DNA from: Torpedo marmorata
Taxonomy: Eukaryota
Assembly: GCA_977017645.1 (NCBI GenBank)
Contig: OZ360239.1
Coordinates: 61,628,001-61,692,000 of the forward strand
Direction: 5' to 3'
Length of the DNA: 64,000 bases
The position numbers were made by a program, and so were the translations under genes. Below are positions 41,110 to 53,754 of the stretch, in pieces. Below the pieces are notes generated by a model, which searched no databases, had not been told where the DNA came from, and saw only the letters and a program-made list of their open reading frames with translations. Position 1 is the stretch's first letter. Each line of letters starts with the position of its first letter.

Positions 41110-41741
41110 CAGGGGCGGGCAACCTTTTACCACGTGTGGGCCAGATGGTGTGTCAGTGGTTGAACGGCGGGCCGCACCGATGCTGCCAGTAATTAAAAAA
41201 TAGTAATTTCAATTATTTCTTGCCTGGGGTCTCTTGGCTAATGACATAACCAGGGGATGCCATCTTTAAATTCAAGATGGCGACGCACCACTGACCCTCC
41301 GCAACAATAGAAGGTAAAAAAAATACTGCTGCCAGGGCAGATTCTTTTCAACGTTCCCCCCCCCCCTCCGCTTACTTGCAGCTCAGCTTTTTCTGCTTCC
41401 CATCGTGCTTTCTCCATCTCGAAATGCGCCCACTCGTGCTGAATGAAGTGCAAAATCCCTGGCACGGTGTACGCGTCAGGCTCGCTGTGGTTATCCAAGG
41501 TGATTTTCTCCAGCGCCACCGGAGACGGGCTTGGACAGCCCGCGTTGCCGCCCGCTCGCCAAAGTCATGGCGGCCGACCGCCCGTCCATTCTACAGCTCA
41601 TCCCCCTGCCAAATAGTAGGAGCCCCGCTGCTTGGGTGCGGCGAGCTTGCACACTGATGGGCGGCGGCGCAGGGAAAGACTTTTGCATTGGGTTGCGGGC
41701 CGTATAAATTTGGATCGCGGGCCGTAGTTTGCCCATCCCTG
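41110..41741. mobile_element. Non-autonomous hAT element carrying a captured striatin exon (Pack-type element)
   Basis: TIRs CAGGGGCGGGCAACCT / AGTTTGCCCATCCCTG, perfect 8-bp TSD GTGTAGCT at 41102-41109 and 41742-41749, and GCGGGCCG subterminal motifs. Confidence 0.93.
41376..41589 (-). pseudogene. Captured striatin (STRN4-like) first coding exon with its splice donor, one frameshift
   Basis: MDGRSAAMTLAS / GGNAGCPSPSPVALEKITLDNHSEPDAYTVPGILHFIQHEWAHFEMEKARWEAEKAELQ|gtaagc matches the striatin N-terminal motif PGILHFIQHEWARFE.EKARWEAERAELQ. No further striatin exons were seen. Confidence 0.9.
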
Positions 41742-41999
41742 GTGTAGCTCCTTAAATGTAAAATTTTCTTAAGGCGAATCATTCAAATGTTTCTGAATCC
41801 AAGTCATATCGGGAGACAGCAAGGCAGATAGCCAAAGCTTGGTTAAAGGGATAGACACAAATGGTCTCTCAAAGGAAGCAGGGGAGGAAGAAGACGGGTT
41901 GAATAAGAAAATTCAAAGCAGCAGGCCTTTACAGATGAAGGCACAGTATGAGCAACCACGGAAGTTAAATTTAGGATGTCCAGGAGGTCAAAATGTAAA

Positions 42000-42268
42000 T
42001 TTTTAATTTAAAAAAAGTTAGACATACAGCACTGAAACAGGCCAATTCGGCCCTACGAGTCTGTGCCTCCCAATTTACACCCCATTAACCTACACCCCGG
42101 TACGTTTTTGAAGGGTGGGAGGAAACCAGAGCTCCCAGAGCAAACCCATGCAGACACAGGGAGAACGTACAAACTCCTTACAGACAGCGCGGGATTCGAA
42201 CCCAGGTCCGGTCCCGATTGCTGGCGCTGTAAAGGTGTTGCGCTAACCACTACGCAAACTGGGCCGCC
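42000..42268 (-). mobile_element. tRNA-derived V-SINE (HE1-like)
   Basis: Close homolog of 13778-14051, with B box GGTTCGAATCCC. Confidence 0.88.
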
Positions 42269-44764
42269 AACAGCAGACAACGTAAAAGACTGCATACCTA
42301 CAGAAAATTATGGACGTGGGATTGGTCAGAATCATGTAGGAATTTGAAAAAATGAAGCACATTTTCAAATAAGACAATGTAGGTCAAAGTTCTTGTACAT
42401 CATTAATCACCTTTCTCCTCCTTCCTCCCCGCCTCAGTAGAAATGCAGAAGTCAATTTTACTTAGTATGACTTATTTTTATCCATTAATAAATTTTTATC
42501 TTGCATTGTGGATTTGTATTGCAGTGGTGAGAAGGAAACACAATTTGTTAAAGAGTTTGGGCAGAGGCATGGTTTGACTTCACATTTACACAAGGTAGAA
42601 TGAGGAGGTCTAATCAAATGTGTATTGGAAAGCTCATATTTCAATGTACCAAAGCATGAACAAGGGTTTCAGCAGCGTATTAGACGAGGCTGAGACTGAG
42701 CCAAGGATATCAATTATGTACATAATCTAAAACAGGAGAGATCAGCAAATGCAATTAAAAACAAAATAGGTAAATTAAATGTTCCTTGTTTTTTTCTATC
42801 TTGCTACTTGGATTAAGCATACAAATTGCACATCGGAACCTGATGGATTCAAGATGAATAAAATAAGCAGCAACAGTAAATGCACTCTGGAAAATAATTT
42901 GAAATGTCAATTTATGAAGATCTTTCAACCTTAAATGAGGCAGGCAACCTAACAAATGCAAAAAGGGGGTCTTAACTACAGAGATAAATGTTTCCAATGG
43001 ACTTTTGCGATGGAAACCAACGACATTGGTCTTCAATGCCCATCAAGCAATATCTGGTCAATGAAAGAAATTGCTGTGAAGAAAAAAGGCATGGTTGAAC
43101 TGGCATGTTCCCCCCCCCCCCCCCACCGCCAACCATCTCTCTCGCTCCCTATACCTATGTCTCCTTTCCTCCAGCTCCCCACCCCTTGTCTCTCTCTTCC
43201 CCTCTCCCTCCTTTCCTCCAGTTCTGCATGCACAGAACTACCCCCGACCAATTCTCAACTTTTCTCTCCTGCCCATGTGCAAATGAAATATCTTTGCCTC
43301 CTATGGACTCTGCAGGACCTGCTGGGTTTCTCTAGCATTTGTTTATTTACTACAATCACAGCGCCTGCAGACTTTCTTGTTTCGCAACAGTTTTCTTCAA
43401 TATTGTTGCCAAAATGACCCACAAAAACTTAACAGATGAGGGATGAGGACAGATCTTCATGGCCCGCAAATAGTACAGCATGAAAGCAAGAAGAAATGCC
43501 AATGCAGATATTCCTCTGGCTGCAACTGAATAGCAGCAGTGGGAGTGTTAGGCAAGGTGTGACAAAACTGGCTAAGAGCAGAAAATTGTTGCACAAATTT
43601 CAGTTTATGCAGTCTCATTATAAGAGTTAACAACTCCAATCAAATGTATCCTTCCATAGGAAGTTCAAATTCTACCCATGAAAAGCCCATTTAGATAAAA
43701 CCAAATTTCCAGTTGATACAAGTGTGTCCCATGCGATGTCAGTTATCAGGCAAATACAAAGTAGCAACCAAAGTATTCAAAGCATACTTTAAATGGTCAA
43801 TTTTTAAAAACCAGCATCTCACACATCTTCAGTATACCCTGCTGGATATTCATTGGAATTTAATCTTGTTGGCCATTCAAATGCAAATATATATTTATTT
43901 TACTGATTAAAAGAATGGATATAAACTGCATTCATCAAATAAAATGAAGCCTGGAGACTGAATGTACATCTTCAGTTTCAATGAAACTGACCAGTTTTGA
44001 TTTAACATTGATTGTTGCCGATCCTTTGCATTGAGTATTGATCAATAATTGCTAAACTAAATATGCCCCAAAAACATTCCTTAAGATGTCCTGGAATTAT
44101 TTGTCTTCGTAATTATTAAGGACATTTTATAGGATGTGGGTACAGGAACCTCAACAAATGGATTCTCTCAAGGTTTATGGTAAAATACAGTCTAGCTGCA
44201 TCTATACATTTTGGAGATTAAATACAAATTGCACATGGAAGCTCAAGATGCAGCAAACAAAATCAATTGTACAGCAATATAAAATAGGAAGCAGTGACAG
44301 TAAATGAATCCTAGGTTATTCAAAAGATTGAGGAAGATATGTCAACCTTAGATTCTTAATGCACAAAAGGCAAGAACCACTGAAAACAGATTTTATTGAT
44401 TTATTTTGAATTTTCATGGAATCTTTTCTGTTTCAGGTTATTAATGTCCTCGATGTGCCAGATTGTATGTAACTCTGGCTTCTATCCACAAGGGGGATAC
44501 CAGTGATCTTATACAGTAAACTAAACAGGAATTGCTTTAAGGTACTTCTTGGCTTGGTTTGACATCCATGCCAGATAATGCATAGATGCAAAAAGTAATG
44601 AGAATGCACAAGGAACTTTATTAAAGATTGTTCAGCGCTAGCTTGAAAATTATAAGGCTCAGAGAAAACACTTGCATTATTTCCATTATTTTGATATTCC
44701 TTTTGTCTTCATGACCATAGTTTTCATCACACTCAAGATGAAAACTATTGTTGTGAAGACAAAA

Positions 44765-46260
44765 GTTAGATTTAGATTTCTTTATTGTCAGAGTACATGC
44801 ATGACATCACATACAACCCTGAGATTCTCTTTCCTGCTGGCGAGGCAGAATTCCCACTTATTGGTAATGCAAAAAAACTGTACACAACGTGCACATGTAA
44901 ACAAATGTAAACAAACTGACTGCGCAATCCAGAGAGAAATAAAAATCAATAAAGTGCAAAAGTAAAAGTCCTTAAATGAGTTTGTTGTTGAGGAGTCTGA
45001 TGGTGGAGGGGTAGCAGCTCTTCCTGAACTTGGTGGTGCGAGTCTTGTGGCACCTGTACCTCTTTCCTGATGGTAGCAGCGAGAACAAAGCGTGTGCTGG
45101 ATGGTGTGGATCCTTGATGATTGCTTCTGCTCTCTGAAGGCAGCATTCCCTGTAGATGTTCTCGATGGTGGGGAAGGTTTTACCTGTGATGTCCTGGACT
45201 GTGTCCACTACATTTTGGAGGGTTTTTACGCTCAGGTGTCCCCATACCAGACTGTGATGCAGCCGGTCAGCACACGTTCCACCAAACATCTGTAGAAATT
45301 TGCCAGGGTTTCTGATGTCATACCAAACCTCCGCAAACTCCTGAGGAAGTAGAGGCGCTGACATGCTTTCTTCACGATGCCATTAGTGTGTTTGGTCCAG
45401 GAAAGATCCTCCAAGATAGTGACTCCAAAGAATTTAAATTTGCTCACCCTCTCCACCTCTGATCCCCCAACGATCATACACCTCTGGTTTTCCCTTCCTG
45501 AAGTCAACAATCAGCTCCTTGGTTTTAGTGACATTGGGTGCAAGGTTGTTGTTGGTGCACCATTCAGCCAAGTTTTCAAGCTCCCTCCTGTGTGCTGACT
45601 CATCGCTTTTTTATAGAACCCACTACCGTGGTATTATTGGCAAATTTGTAGATGGTGTTATTGTTGTACTGAGCTACAGAGTCGTAGGTGTAAAGTAAGT
45701 AGAGCAGGGGGCGAAGAAAGCAGCCCTGTGGGGGGCCGGTACTAATGAAGATTGTGGAGATGTTCTTACCAATCCTCAATGATTGTGGTCTGGAGGTGAG
45801 GAAATCAAGGATTCAATTACATAGAGGGGTGTTGAGTCCCAGGTCTTGGAGTTTGCTGATCATTTGAGGGGATGATAGTGTTAAATGCCGAACTGTAATT
45901 GATAAAGAGCATCCTGATGAAAATATCTTTGCTGTCCAGGTGTTCCAGGGCTTTGTGTGGAGCCAGTGAGATGGCATGCGCTGTAGACCTGCTGCTACGA
46001 AAGGCAAATTGGATTCATGTCGCCGCTCAGACAGGAGCTGATATGCTTCAACACAAGCCCTTCAAAACACTTCATCACTGCTGATATAAGTGCTACTAGT
46101 CAATAGTCATTAAGGCAGGTTACTACGCTCTTCTTGATTGACGCCTGTTTGAAATAGGTGGGTACCTCGCCCTGCCGGAGTGAGACGTTGAAGATATCCG
46201 TGAATACATTGGTAAGTTGGTCAGCACAGATTTTTAATATTCAGCTGGGTACTCCATCCG
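44765..46260 (-). mobile_element. Rex1/Babar-clade LINE fragment
   Basis: Minus-strand KKACQRLYFLRSLRRFG...IIKDPHHPAHALFSLLPSGKRYR; same subfamily as 8541-10235. Confidence 0.92.
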
Positions 46261-49200
46261 GATCTTATCTGGAATGTGTACCCAGCCCCAAGATCTGTCA
46301 ATGGGGAGATTACAGTCCTTGAAGCTATCATGTCAAGAATAATACTTGCATTTCATGGACCAGATTCCTATTTACACCTATGTTTACCAGCTCTTGCCAC
46401 ATTAAAAGTTTTCTATTCTTCCTAACAGTTAATAGTTACATCTTTCCACAGTATTTTCCATTTGCCATCTTAAGTACCATCTACACTTGAATCTTCCCTC
46501 AACAAGCAAATTTACGGCAACTGTTTACAATTTAATCTCAATCCATTTAATGGAATCCAGTTACAGCACAAGCACTATTGTATCATTTCTTATGGCAGAT
46601 GTCCGGTTTTAAAACACAAGGAAATTACTGAGACAATGCAAATCATGGGTCAAACCAAGTTCACATAGAAATCATTCAAGCACTTCATTGTTGAATTAAA
46701 GAATGACCCAAACAAGTAACATGTAAGATCAGTATTTTACCAAATATTTGCCATGTGGTTACTTACATTTCTGACTGGCATGTAATGTTTTCATGCATCA
46801 TATTTACTTTTAATGCTTCCTACATTTTTAAAAAGCTAATCCCCAAATGGAAATTGCTCATTTTTAAAAAAAAAAATCAATATGGTAGTGAAATGACTTA
46901 TTAACATAACAAATATCTGATTCATTAACCTATGCAAGGAAAGTCCATTAATACTTGACTAAAATTTTGCAAAGTCAGCAATTTCTAATGAATAGCACTG
47001 CCACTGAAAACTTAACATTTATTACAAAGACCACAACATCTTCAAACTTGAGAGATAATAAACGAGGTATCCTTAGCATGAAGCACAAAAGAAAAATTTG
47101 ATTTGGATGGCATGGTTATTAACTGTATTTTAGTAGGAAAAATAATATGGTCAGATTTCTCTGAAAATGAGCGAGTGAATGAAATGAACAAGATCTAGAT
47201 GAACAACATTCTAAAACCACTAAAATTTAAGGTGAATTAATAATGCCACTTAAACAAAATGCACCAAGTTTCATTCTTGCAAGTAATAATTAAAAAGCAG
47301 AACTGGAATACTGTACCAGAAATTCAGTTCTCAAAACTGTAAAAAAGCTGAGTGATTATTATGCTCATCAAGAAAAAAAAGCTGCCTTGAATTCTTGCAT
47401 TTTCAATTACAAGTGTAAAGATGGTGGTGTTTTTACCAATGAGGAAGATAGAATTTGAGGCTATAAATACACAATAGGCATTAATAAATCCAAGGAAATT
47501 CACAAGAATTTTTTGTTACATAGAAAATATAGAACTTGCCAGAACAAGGAACAGCTAAAGCAACAAACATGGATGTATTTAACATGAATCAAGATAAACA
47601 GGAGAGAAAATAAGAGGGATATGTTGATAAGGTTAGATGAAAGGGGAGGAGCTCATGGAACAAACACCAACCTGGATGTTGAGCTAGATTACCTGTAAAT
47701 AGTAACTAGAAATACAAATAATGTTATCTAATTTGTTGATGGCTGTATCATGTTGCGTCCCATTTATAATTATGAAGAGCTGCCTTGTTTCTTTGTCTTT
47801 GATCTTTCAAAAAGAGCATGCCATAGTCGATTCAATATCACCAATGCACAGTTCCAGTAATACCAACGATTTTTTTTGCTCTTTCTTCAGCACTCTAAAT
47901 CCTTCAAGTTCTGAATCAGAATTGCACACAATGGCTCAAGAAAAATTCAACATTTAAAGATAAATGCAGTAAAACTTTGATAATTCAATAACTGATTGTT
48001 TAGAAATCCCAATGGTTCAATAGGTTTCATTTCCTGCATTCCCGTTGATTTCATCAGGCCCCATTTCACATACTCCCTTTCAACTGGTGGGCCGTTTCCT
48101 ATGCTCCCTTTAACTTTACTGGGACTGTTTCCCAGGCTCCTTTAAACACACCAGGGTGGTTTCCAGTGCACACTTTAAACACGCTGGGTCCTGTTTCCTG
48201 TATGCCCTTTGATCTCATGCAGTTTACTGGAAAATTTACACAGCAACTTTTGGGGAAAAAAATGAATTTAGGTGTTGAGATATTAATAGGAGTAATATGG
48301 AATTAATTCATATATTTGCTAGTCCAGCACTACCAAAATCTTAGCAATGTTGTAATAGTGTTTTACTGGTACTGTCCTATTTTCTGCTCATTTCTAATGT
48401 CTTAATCTCATATTTTATTATTTTTCTTGTATCTTTACTACTACATTTCAAAACAACCTCCATTTGGAGTAGTTCCATCTCCCTTTGTGAAGGTGGAGGG
48501 AAAATAATGAACAGAAAATTAGAAAATGATTGAAATAGTCAGCAGTTCAGACAACATCTCAGAGAGAAACAATTAACATATCAAATGAATGATTTCACAA
48601 GAACTTTAAAAAGTTGGGAAGTATTAACTAAGTTTATACTTTTTTTTCAGTTCTGATTATGGAACTGAAACATTAACCCTGATTTTCTCCACAGAATGCC
48701 CAAGCAGCTGTGTTTATGTTTAAAGATCTGATTCGCAAGTAAGATTTCCAGCATCCAAGTATTTGTTTTTTGATGAGGGAATATTTGCTGCTTGAAAATC
48801 TTTTGGCCCTTTTACTTCATTGACTCATTTTTAAAATATATTGCTACAACTCTTTTCACCTCCTTTCTCATTTAGTAAGACTTTGTCGATGCAATTCAAT
48901 GGACCCAGGTCTTGTTCCAAGTTCATTCATTTTGTCGAGTAGATAATCCTTTATATGTTAAGACATCTTCCACTGCAGTCATTTCCTTATCACCTCAGTT
49001 TTCACTGAAGAACTGACATTTCCATATCATTGTTTATAAATCGCTCATGCAATTCTTTTAATTACTTATGCACCTCTGCAATGTTTAATTTCTGTTTGTA
49101 TACTCTTAACATTTCACATTCTCATATCTGACATTTTTTAATCCTTTTCCCCAAGCTCAGTATGCTGCCCTTGGTCATTTACTCCTTTATTACTTATACA

Positions 49201-49685
49201 CAATGTGCATATACAGACAAAATTTATTTTATCCTCACTTTGTCCATGGCCCTTACTCTTGTTAAGATGAAAATATTTGTTAGGTGCAAACATCTCTGTT
49301 CATGGTTGGCAATACCTGGTTCTTAAATAGAATGGGATGGAAGGTGACATTTTATTGCTCTAATATCAGAAGTCCCAAAAAACCTAAATGTGTGATTAAA
49401 ATGTAGATAATGAAATTTAAATCCAAAACCTCTTCTGAATAAATCGACAAAATCTCAAAATTATAGTGTCTATTTTTACCAACTTACATTTTAAAATCAA
49501 TTTTACCAACGCTACTAAAGTGGATACTGCCACTCATTGCATAACTCAATGACCCTGCCCAGGAGATAAAACAAGGCCCTGCCCAGGAGATAAAACAAGG
49601 AACAAAGTTATTGTTTTCAACTGAGAAAGCAGCAGCACAGGTTATCTTCTGACTCCTTATATGGTTGATTGAAAGGAATAACAAG

Positions 49686-49879
49686 GGGTTTTGAAATTTT
49701 TATTTCCTTTTTTTTCTTTTGTGTTTTTTTTGTTGTTATTTCATTATTAAGAATGTGCTCTGGATTCTTTAATTATGATCATACTTGTAATTTTTTTCTT
49801 CTAATTTTGTAGCACATTGTATAGTTGTACCGTTCAATTGCTTATACCTTAAATACCAATAAAAACATTTAAAAAGAAA
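49686..49879 (+). mobile_element. Short retro-insertion (LINE 3' UTR-like)
   Basis: AATAAA plus an A-rich tail. 15-bp TSD GAAAGGAATAACAAG at 49671-49685 and 49880-49894. Confidence 0.75.
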
Positions 49880-49952
49880 GAAAGGAATAACAAGTCACAA
49901 TATTACAATTGAAAAGTTAACTAATGGGCTTTTTTCCCCCCATATAGCAATA

Positions 49953-51732
49953 CCGTATTTTCATTCATATAACGCGCACATGCATATACCGCGCGGGTGT
50001 AGTATTCTAAATTCCGACTGACAAAAGCAATTTGCATTTAATTGGGACATGAGACAAAACACATTCCATAGTCCCAGTATCTGCCACAGTTAATCTCCCG
50101 CTATTTACACCCATTCAACTTCCCTCAGTATTGTCAATCGCCCATTATATAGATGGTATCCTCCTGCAACACATTAACAAGCTTTGGAGAGGAATCAAAT
50201 AGATCGAAGACAGGCTTCAGATTTAAGCAGGATTTAATTCTGTCATGATTTAAAAAGCCTTTCTTTAAAAGAAACCTTATCTTGTTAAAAATAGTGTGCA
50301 ATTGAGAAATTTATGGTTTGATTTGATGTAATGAGGATGATTAAACTGATGCCATAGGGCAGAATCATCCTAATGTTGTCTCAGATCAGAGGCACTTGAT
50401 ATGTTAATCTCCTCCCTCAGGGGATGGGTCTGGGCAATTAATATTGATAAGGTGCAGTGCCCTAGCCAGAATATCCTGTTTCTTGGAATACCATGGCACT
50501 CAGGCCAAAGATATTCCCAAGATCAAAATTTTGAATTTTGCCATTTTGTATGTACCCAATTCCCTCGCTCGCTATAAATTGTACGCATTCTTTCATTGCC
50601 GCTATTGCATTCCCACGCTCGCTATAAATTGCCGGTGTGACTTTCCCACGCCCGCTATAAATTGAGCGCGTTTTTTTATTGCCGCTATTACATTCCCACG
50701 CTAGCTATAAATTGAGCGCGTTCTTTTACTGCCGCTATTACATTCCCATGCTAGTTATAAATTGAGCGCGTTCTTTTATTGCCGCTATTACATTCCCACG
50801 CTAGCTATAAATTGAGCGCGTTCTTTTATTGCCACTATTACATTCCCACGCTAGCTATAAATTGAGCGCGTTCTTTCATTGCCGCTATTACATTCCCAAG
50901 CTAGCTTTAAATTGTGCGCGTTCTTTCATGCGCAGGCTTCAGAGTTAAGCAGGATTTAATTCTGTCATGATTTAAAAAGCCTTTCTTTAAAATAAACCTT
51001 ATCTTGTTAAAAATAGTGTACAATTGAGAAATTTATGGTTTGATTTGATGTAATGAGGATGATTAAACTGATGCCATAGGGCAGAATCATCCTAATGTCG
51101 TCTCAGATCAGAGGCACTTGATATGTTAATCTCCTCCCTCAGGGGACGGGTCTAGGCAATTAACATTGATAAGGTGCAGTGCCCTAGCCAGAATATCCTG
51201 TTTCTCGGAATACCATGGCACTCAGGCAAAAGAGATATTTGCAAGATCAAAATTTTGAAATTTGCCATTTTGTATGTACCAAATTCCCACGCTCACTATA
51301 AATTGCCGGTGCGACTTTCCCACGCCCGCTATAAATTGTGCGCGTTCTTGGGACATGAGACAAAACACATTCTTGTCTCATTTACCCGGTTCTTGGGACA
51401 TGAGACAAAACACATTCCATAGTCCCACTATCTGCCACAGTTAATCTCCCGCGATTTACACCCTTTCAACTTCCCCCAAAGGTGTTAATCATCCATTATA
51501 TAGATGATATCCTCCTGCAACACATTAACAAGCTTTGGAGAGGAATTGATTAAATAGATCGAAGACAGGCTTCAGAGTTAAGCAGGATTTTAATCCTGTC
51601 ATGATTTAAATTGTGCGCGTTGTTTCAACATGTAAAAATATTCTCGTGTAGCGCGCACACGCATATAACGCGCGGGGGTACCTGGTTTGTAAAAACGCAT
51701 ATAACGCACAAGTTATATGCGTAAAAATACGG
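49953..51732. mobile_element. Non-autonomous pogo/Tc1-mariner-type element with duplicated interior
   Basis: TA|CCGTATTTTCATTCATATAAC ... GTTATATGCGTAAAAATACGG|TA termini, with repeated GCATATAACGCGC subterminal motifs. Confidence 0.85.
50578..50930. repeat. 50-bp tandem repeat (5 near-identical units at 50661-50910 plus degenerate flanking units)
   Basis: Unit ATTGAGCGCGTTCTTTTATTGCCGCTATTACATTCCCACGCTAGCTATAA. Confidence 0.93.
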
Positions 51733-52220
51733 TACATTCGCCATTTGTGTCTTTATTATTCTTTCCAGGCAAAATAATAATTGCCAATTTACTCCCATAC
51801 TTTAGACAACAGAACAAAGCAAGCCATTTGAGGATTAAAAAGCAAAGGTGAAAATGATTAACAGCTGTGGCGGCTATTATTTTACAGTAAGGTACAGGCT
51901 CCGCAACAGGAATTTAAATGAATGGAAGTATATTGCATAGTCTTGAATTTCAAGGTCATTATCACTCTTATGAAATACAGATAGCTTTCGCAAGATGCTG
52001 GAATTATTCAAATGACTTATGAATGAAGTTTTTCTAAGAGCAACAGATCAGATCCATTAACTTTCTGAATACCAATAAATATTCAAAAAGCCCAATTTTT
52101 GTACTACCAAAGCAAGTTTAGTTCACTTAATCGCTAACCACCCACAATTTCCAAAATTACATCAAACTGCCTCCAACATTTTTAACACTGGCTTCACTCC
52201 TACTTAAACAAATCCAACAA

Positions 52221-53572
52221 GTTCAATTTCAAAATTTATTGTCAGAGTACATACATGACATCATATCCACCCAGAGATTCTTTTTCCTGCAGGCCAGGCA
52301 GAATTTCTACTTGTTGGTTGTGCAAAAAAACTGTACAAGAAACGATACGCATACAGAAGAGAGAAATGTAAACAAACTGACTATGCAAATACAGAACAAA
52401 TAAATATTCAGTAATAAATAATGTGCGAAGTAAGAATCCTTAAATGAGTCTCTGATTGAGTCTGTTGTTCAAGAGTCTGATGGAAGAGGGGTAGCAACTG
52501 TTCCTGAACCTGGTGGTATGAGTCATGTGGCACCTATACCTCTTTCCTGATGCAGCAGTGAGAACAGAAATTGTCCTGGCTGATGTGGATCCTTGATGAT
52601 TGCTGCTGCTCTTCAATGGCAGCATTTGTAAACGGTGTTGTCATGGGTGTAAAGTGAGTAGAGCAGGGGTCAAAGCACGAAGCCCTGTAGTGCTCCGGTG
52701 CTGATGGAGATTGTGAAGATATTCTTGCCAATCCGCACTGATTGGGGTCTGGAGGTGAGGACAGGTCATGGAGTTTGCTATCAGTTTTGAGGTGATGGTA
52801 TTGAATGCCAAACTAATCAATAATGAGCATCCTGATGGATGCATCTTTGCTGTCCAGGTGTTCCAGGGTTTCATGTAGAGCCAGTGAGATGGCATCTGCA
52901 GTGGACCTGCTGCTGCGGTATGCAAATTGGAACAGATCCATGTTGCCACTCAGACAGGAGCTGATGTGCTTCAACACAAGCCTCTCAAAACACTTCACCA
53001 TGCATGTGAGTGCCACTGGTTGATAGTCATTTAGGCAGGTTACCACACTCTTGAGCAATGGTACGATTGAGGCCTGTTTGAGTACCACGCCCTGTCAGAG
53101 CGAGATATTGAAGTTATCCATGAAAACATTGGGCAGTTGGTCAGCACGTTTTCAGTTCTCAACTGAGAATTCCATCCAGACTGATGCTTCACTTGGATTC
53201 ACTCTCCTGCAGGAAGCCCGTACGTCATCTTTGGATACTGACAGTAGAGGATCATCAGGGGACGCAGGGGTGCGCAGTGGTTCTTCCTTGTTCTAGTGGT
53301 CAAATCGGTCATCGAGGCATTGAGCTCATCTGGGAATTACGCTTTGATGTCTCCTATTGCATCGGATTTGGTTTTGTAGCAGGTTATGTCATTTAGGTCC
53401 TGCCACAGCTGTCAGGTATCCTTTGTTTTTCCATTCTCATCTGGAATCTCCACTTCGCCCGGCAGATAGCTTTCCGTAGGTCATGCCTGCTCCTTCAGTA
53501 GCATTCTGGATCTCCGGACTTAAATGCTTGCGATCTGGCTCTCAGCAAGTTCTGGATTTCATTGTTCGTCCA
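52221..53572 (-). mobile_element. Rex1/Babar-clade LINE, internally deleted
   Basis: CLNDYQPVALT..VKCFERLVLKHI...FQFAYRSSRSTADA motif and the family 3' UTR. Confidence 0.9.
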
Positions 53573-53754
53573 GGAAAAACTGATCCAATTAACATTGACT
53601 ACTCTGAACTTTTATTTTCTTAATGAGTTTGATCCCCACGTTTCAATATCAGCAAGTCATATAGCAAAGTAAATTACTGCCTCAAATTAACCTTTCGTAT
53701 TCCACTTAATAAGTCCACATCTTCAAGTTAAAGCATGATTACTTCAAACTTGTA

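Noticed and set aside
41238-41589. A functional nested striatin gene or a processed pseudogene
   Set aside because: Only the first exon is present, it is frameshifted, it keeps its donor and intron start, it has no poly(A), and it lies between hAT TIRs.
49553-49600. Small tandem duplications (24 bp here, 14 bp near 58620, 33 bp near 63091)
   Set aside because: Ordinary local slippage or repair duplications with no sign of function.
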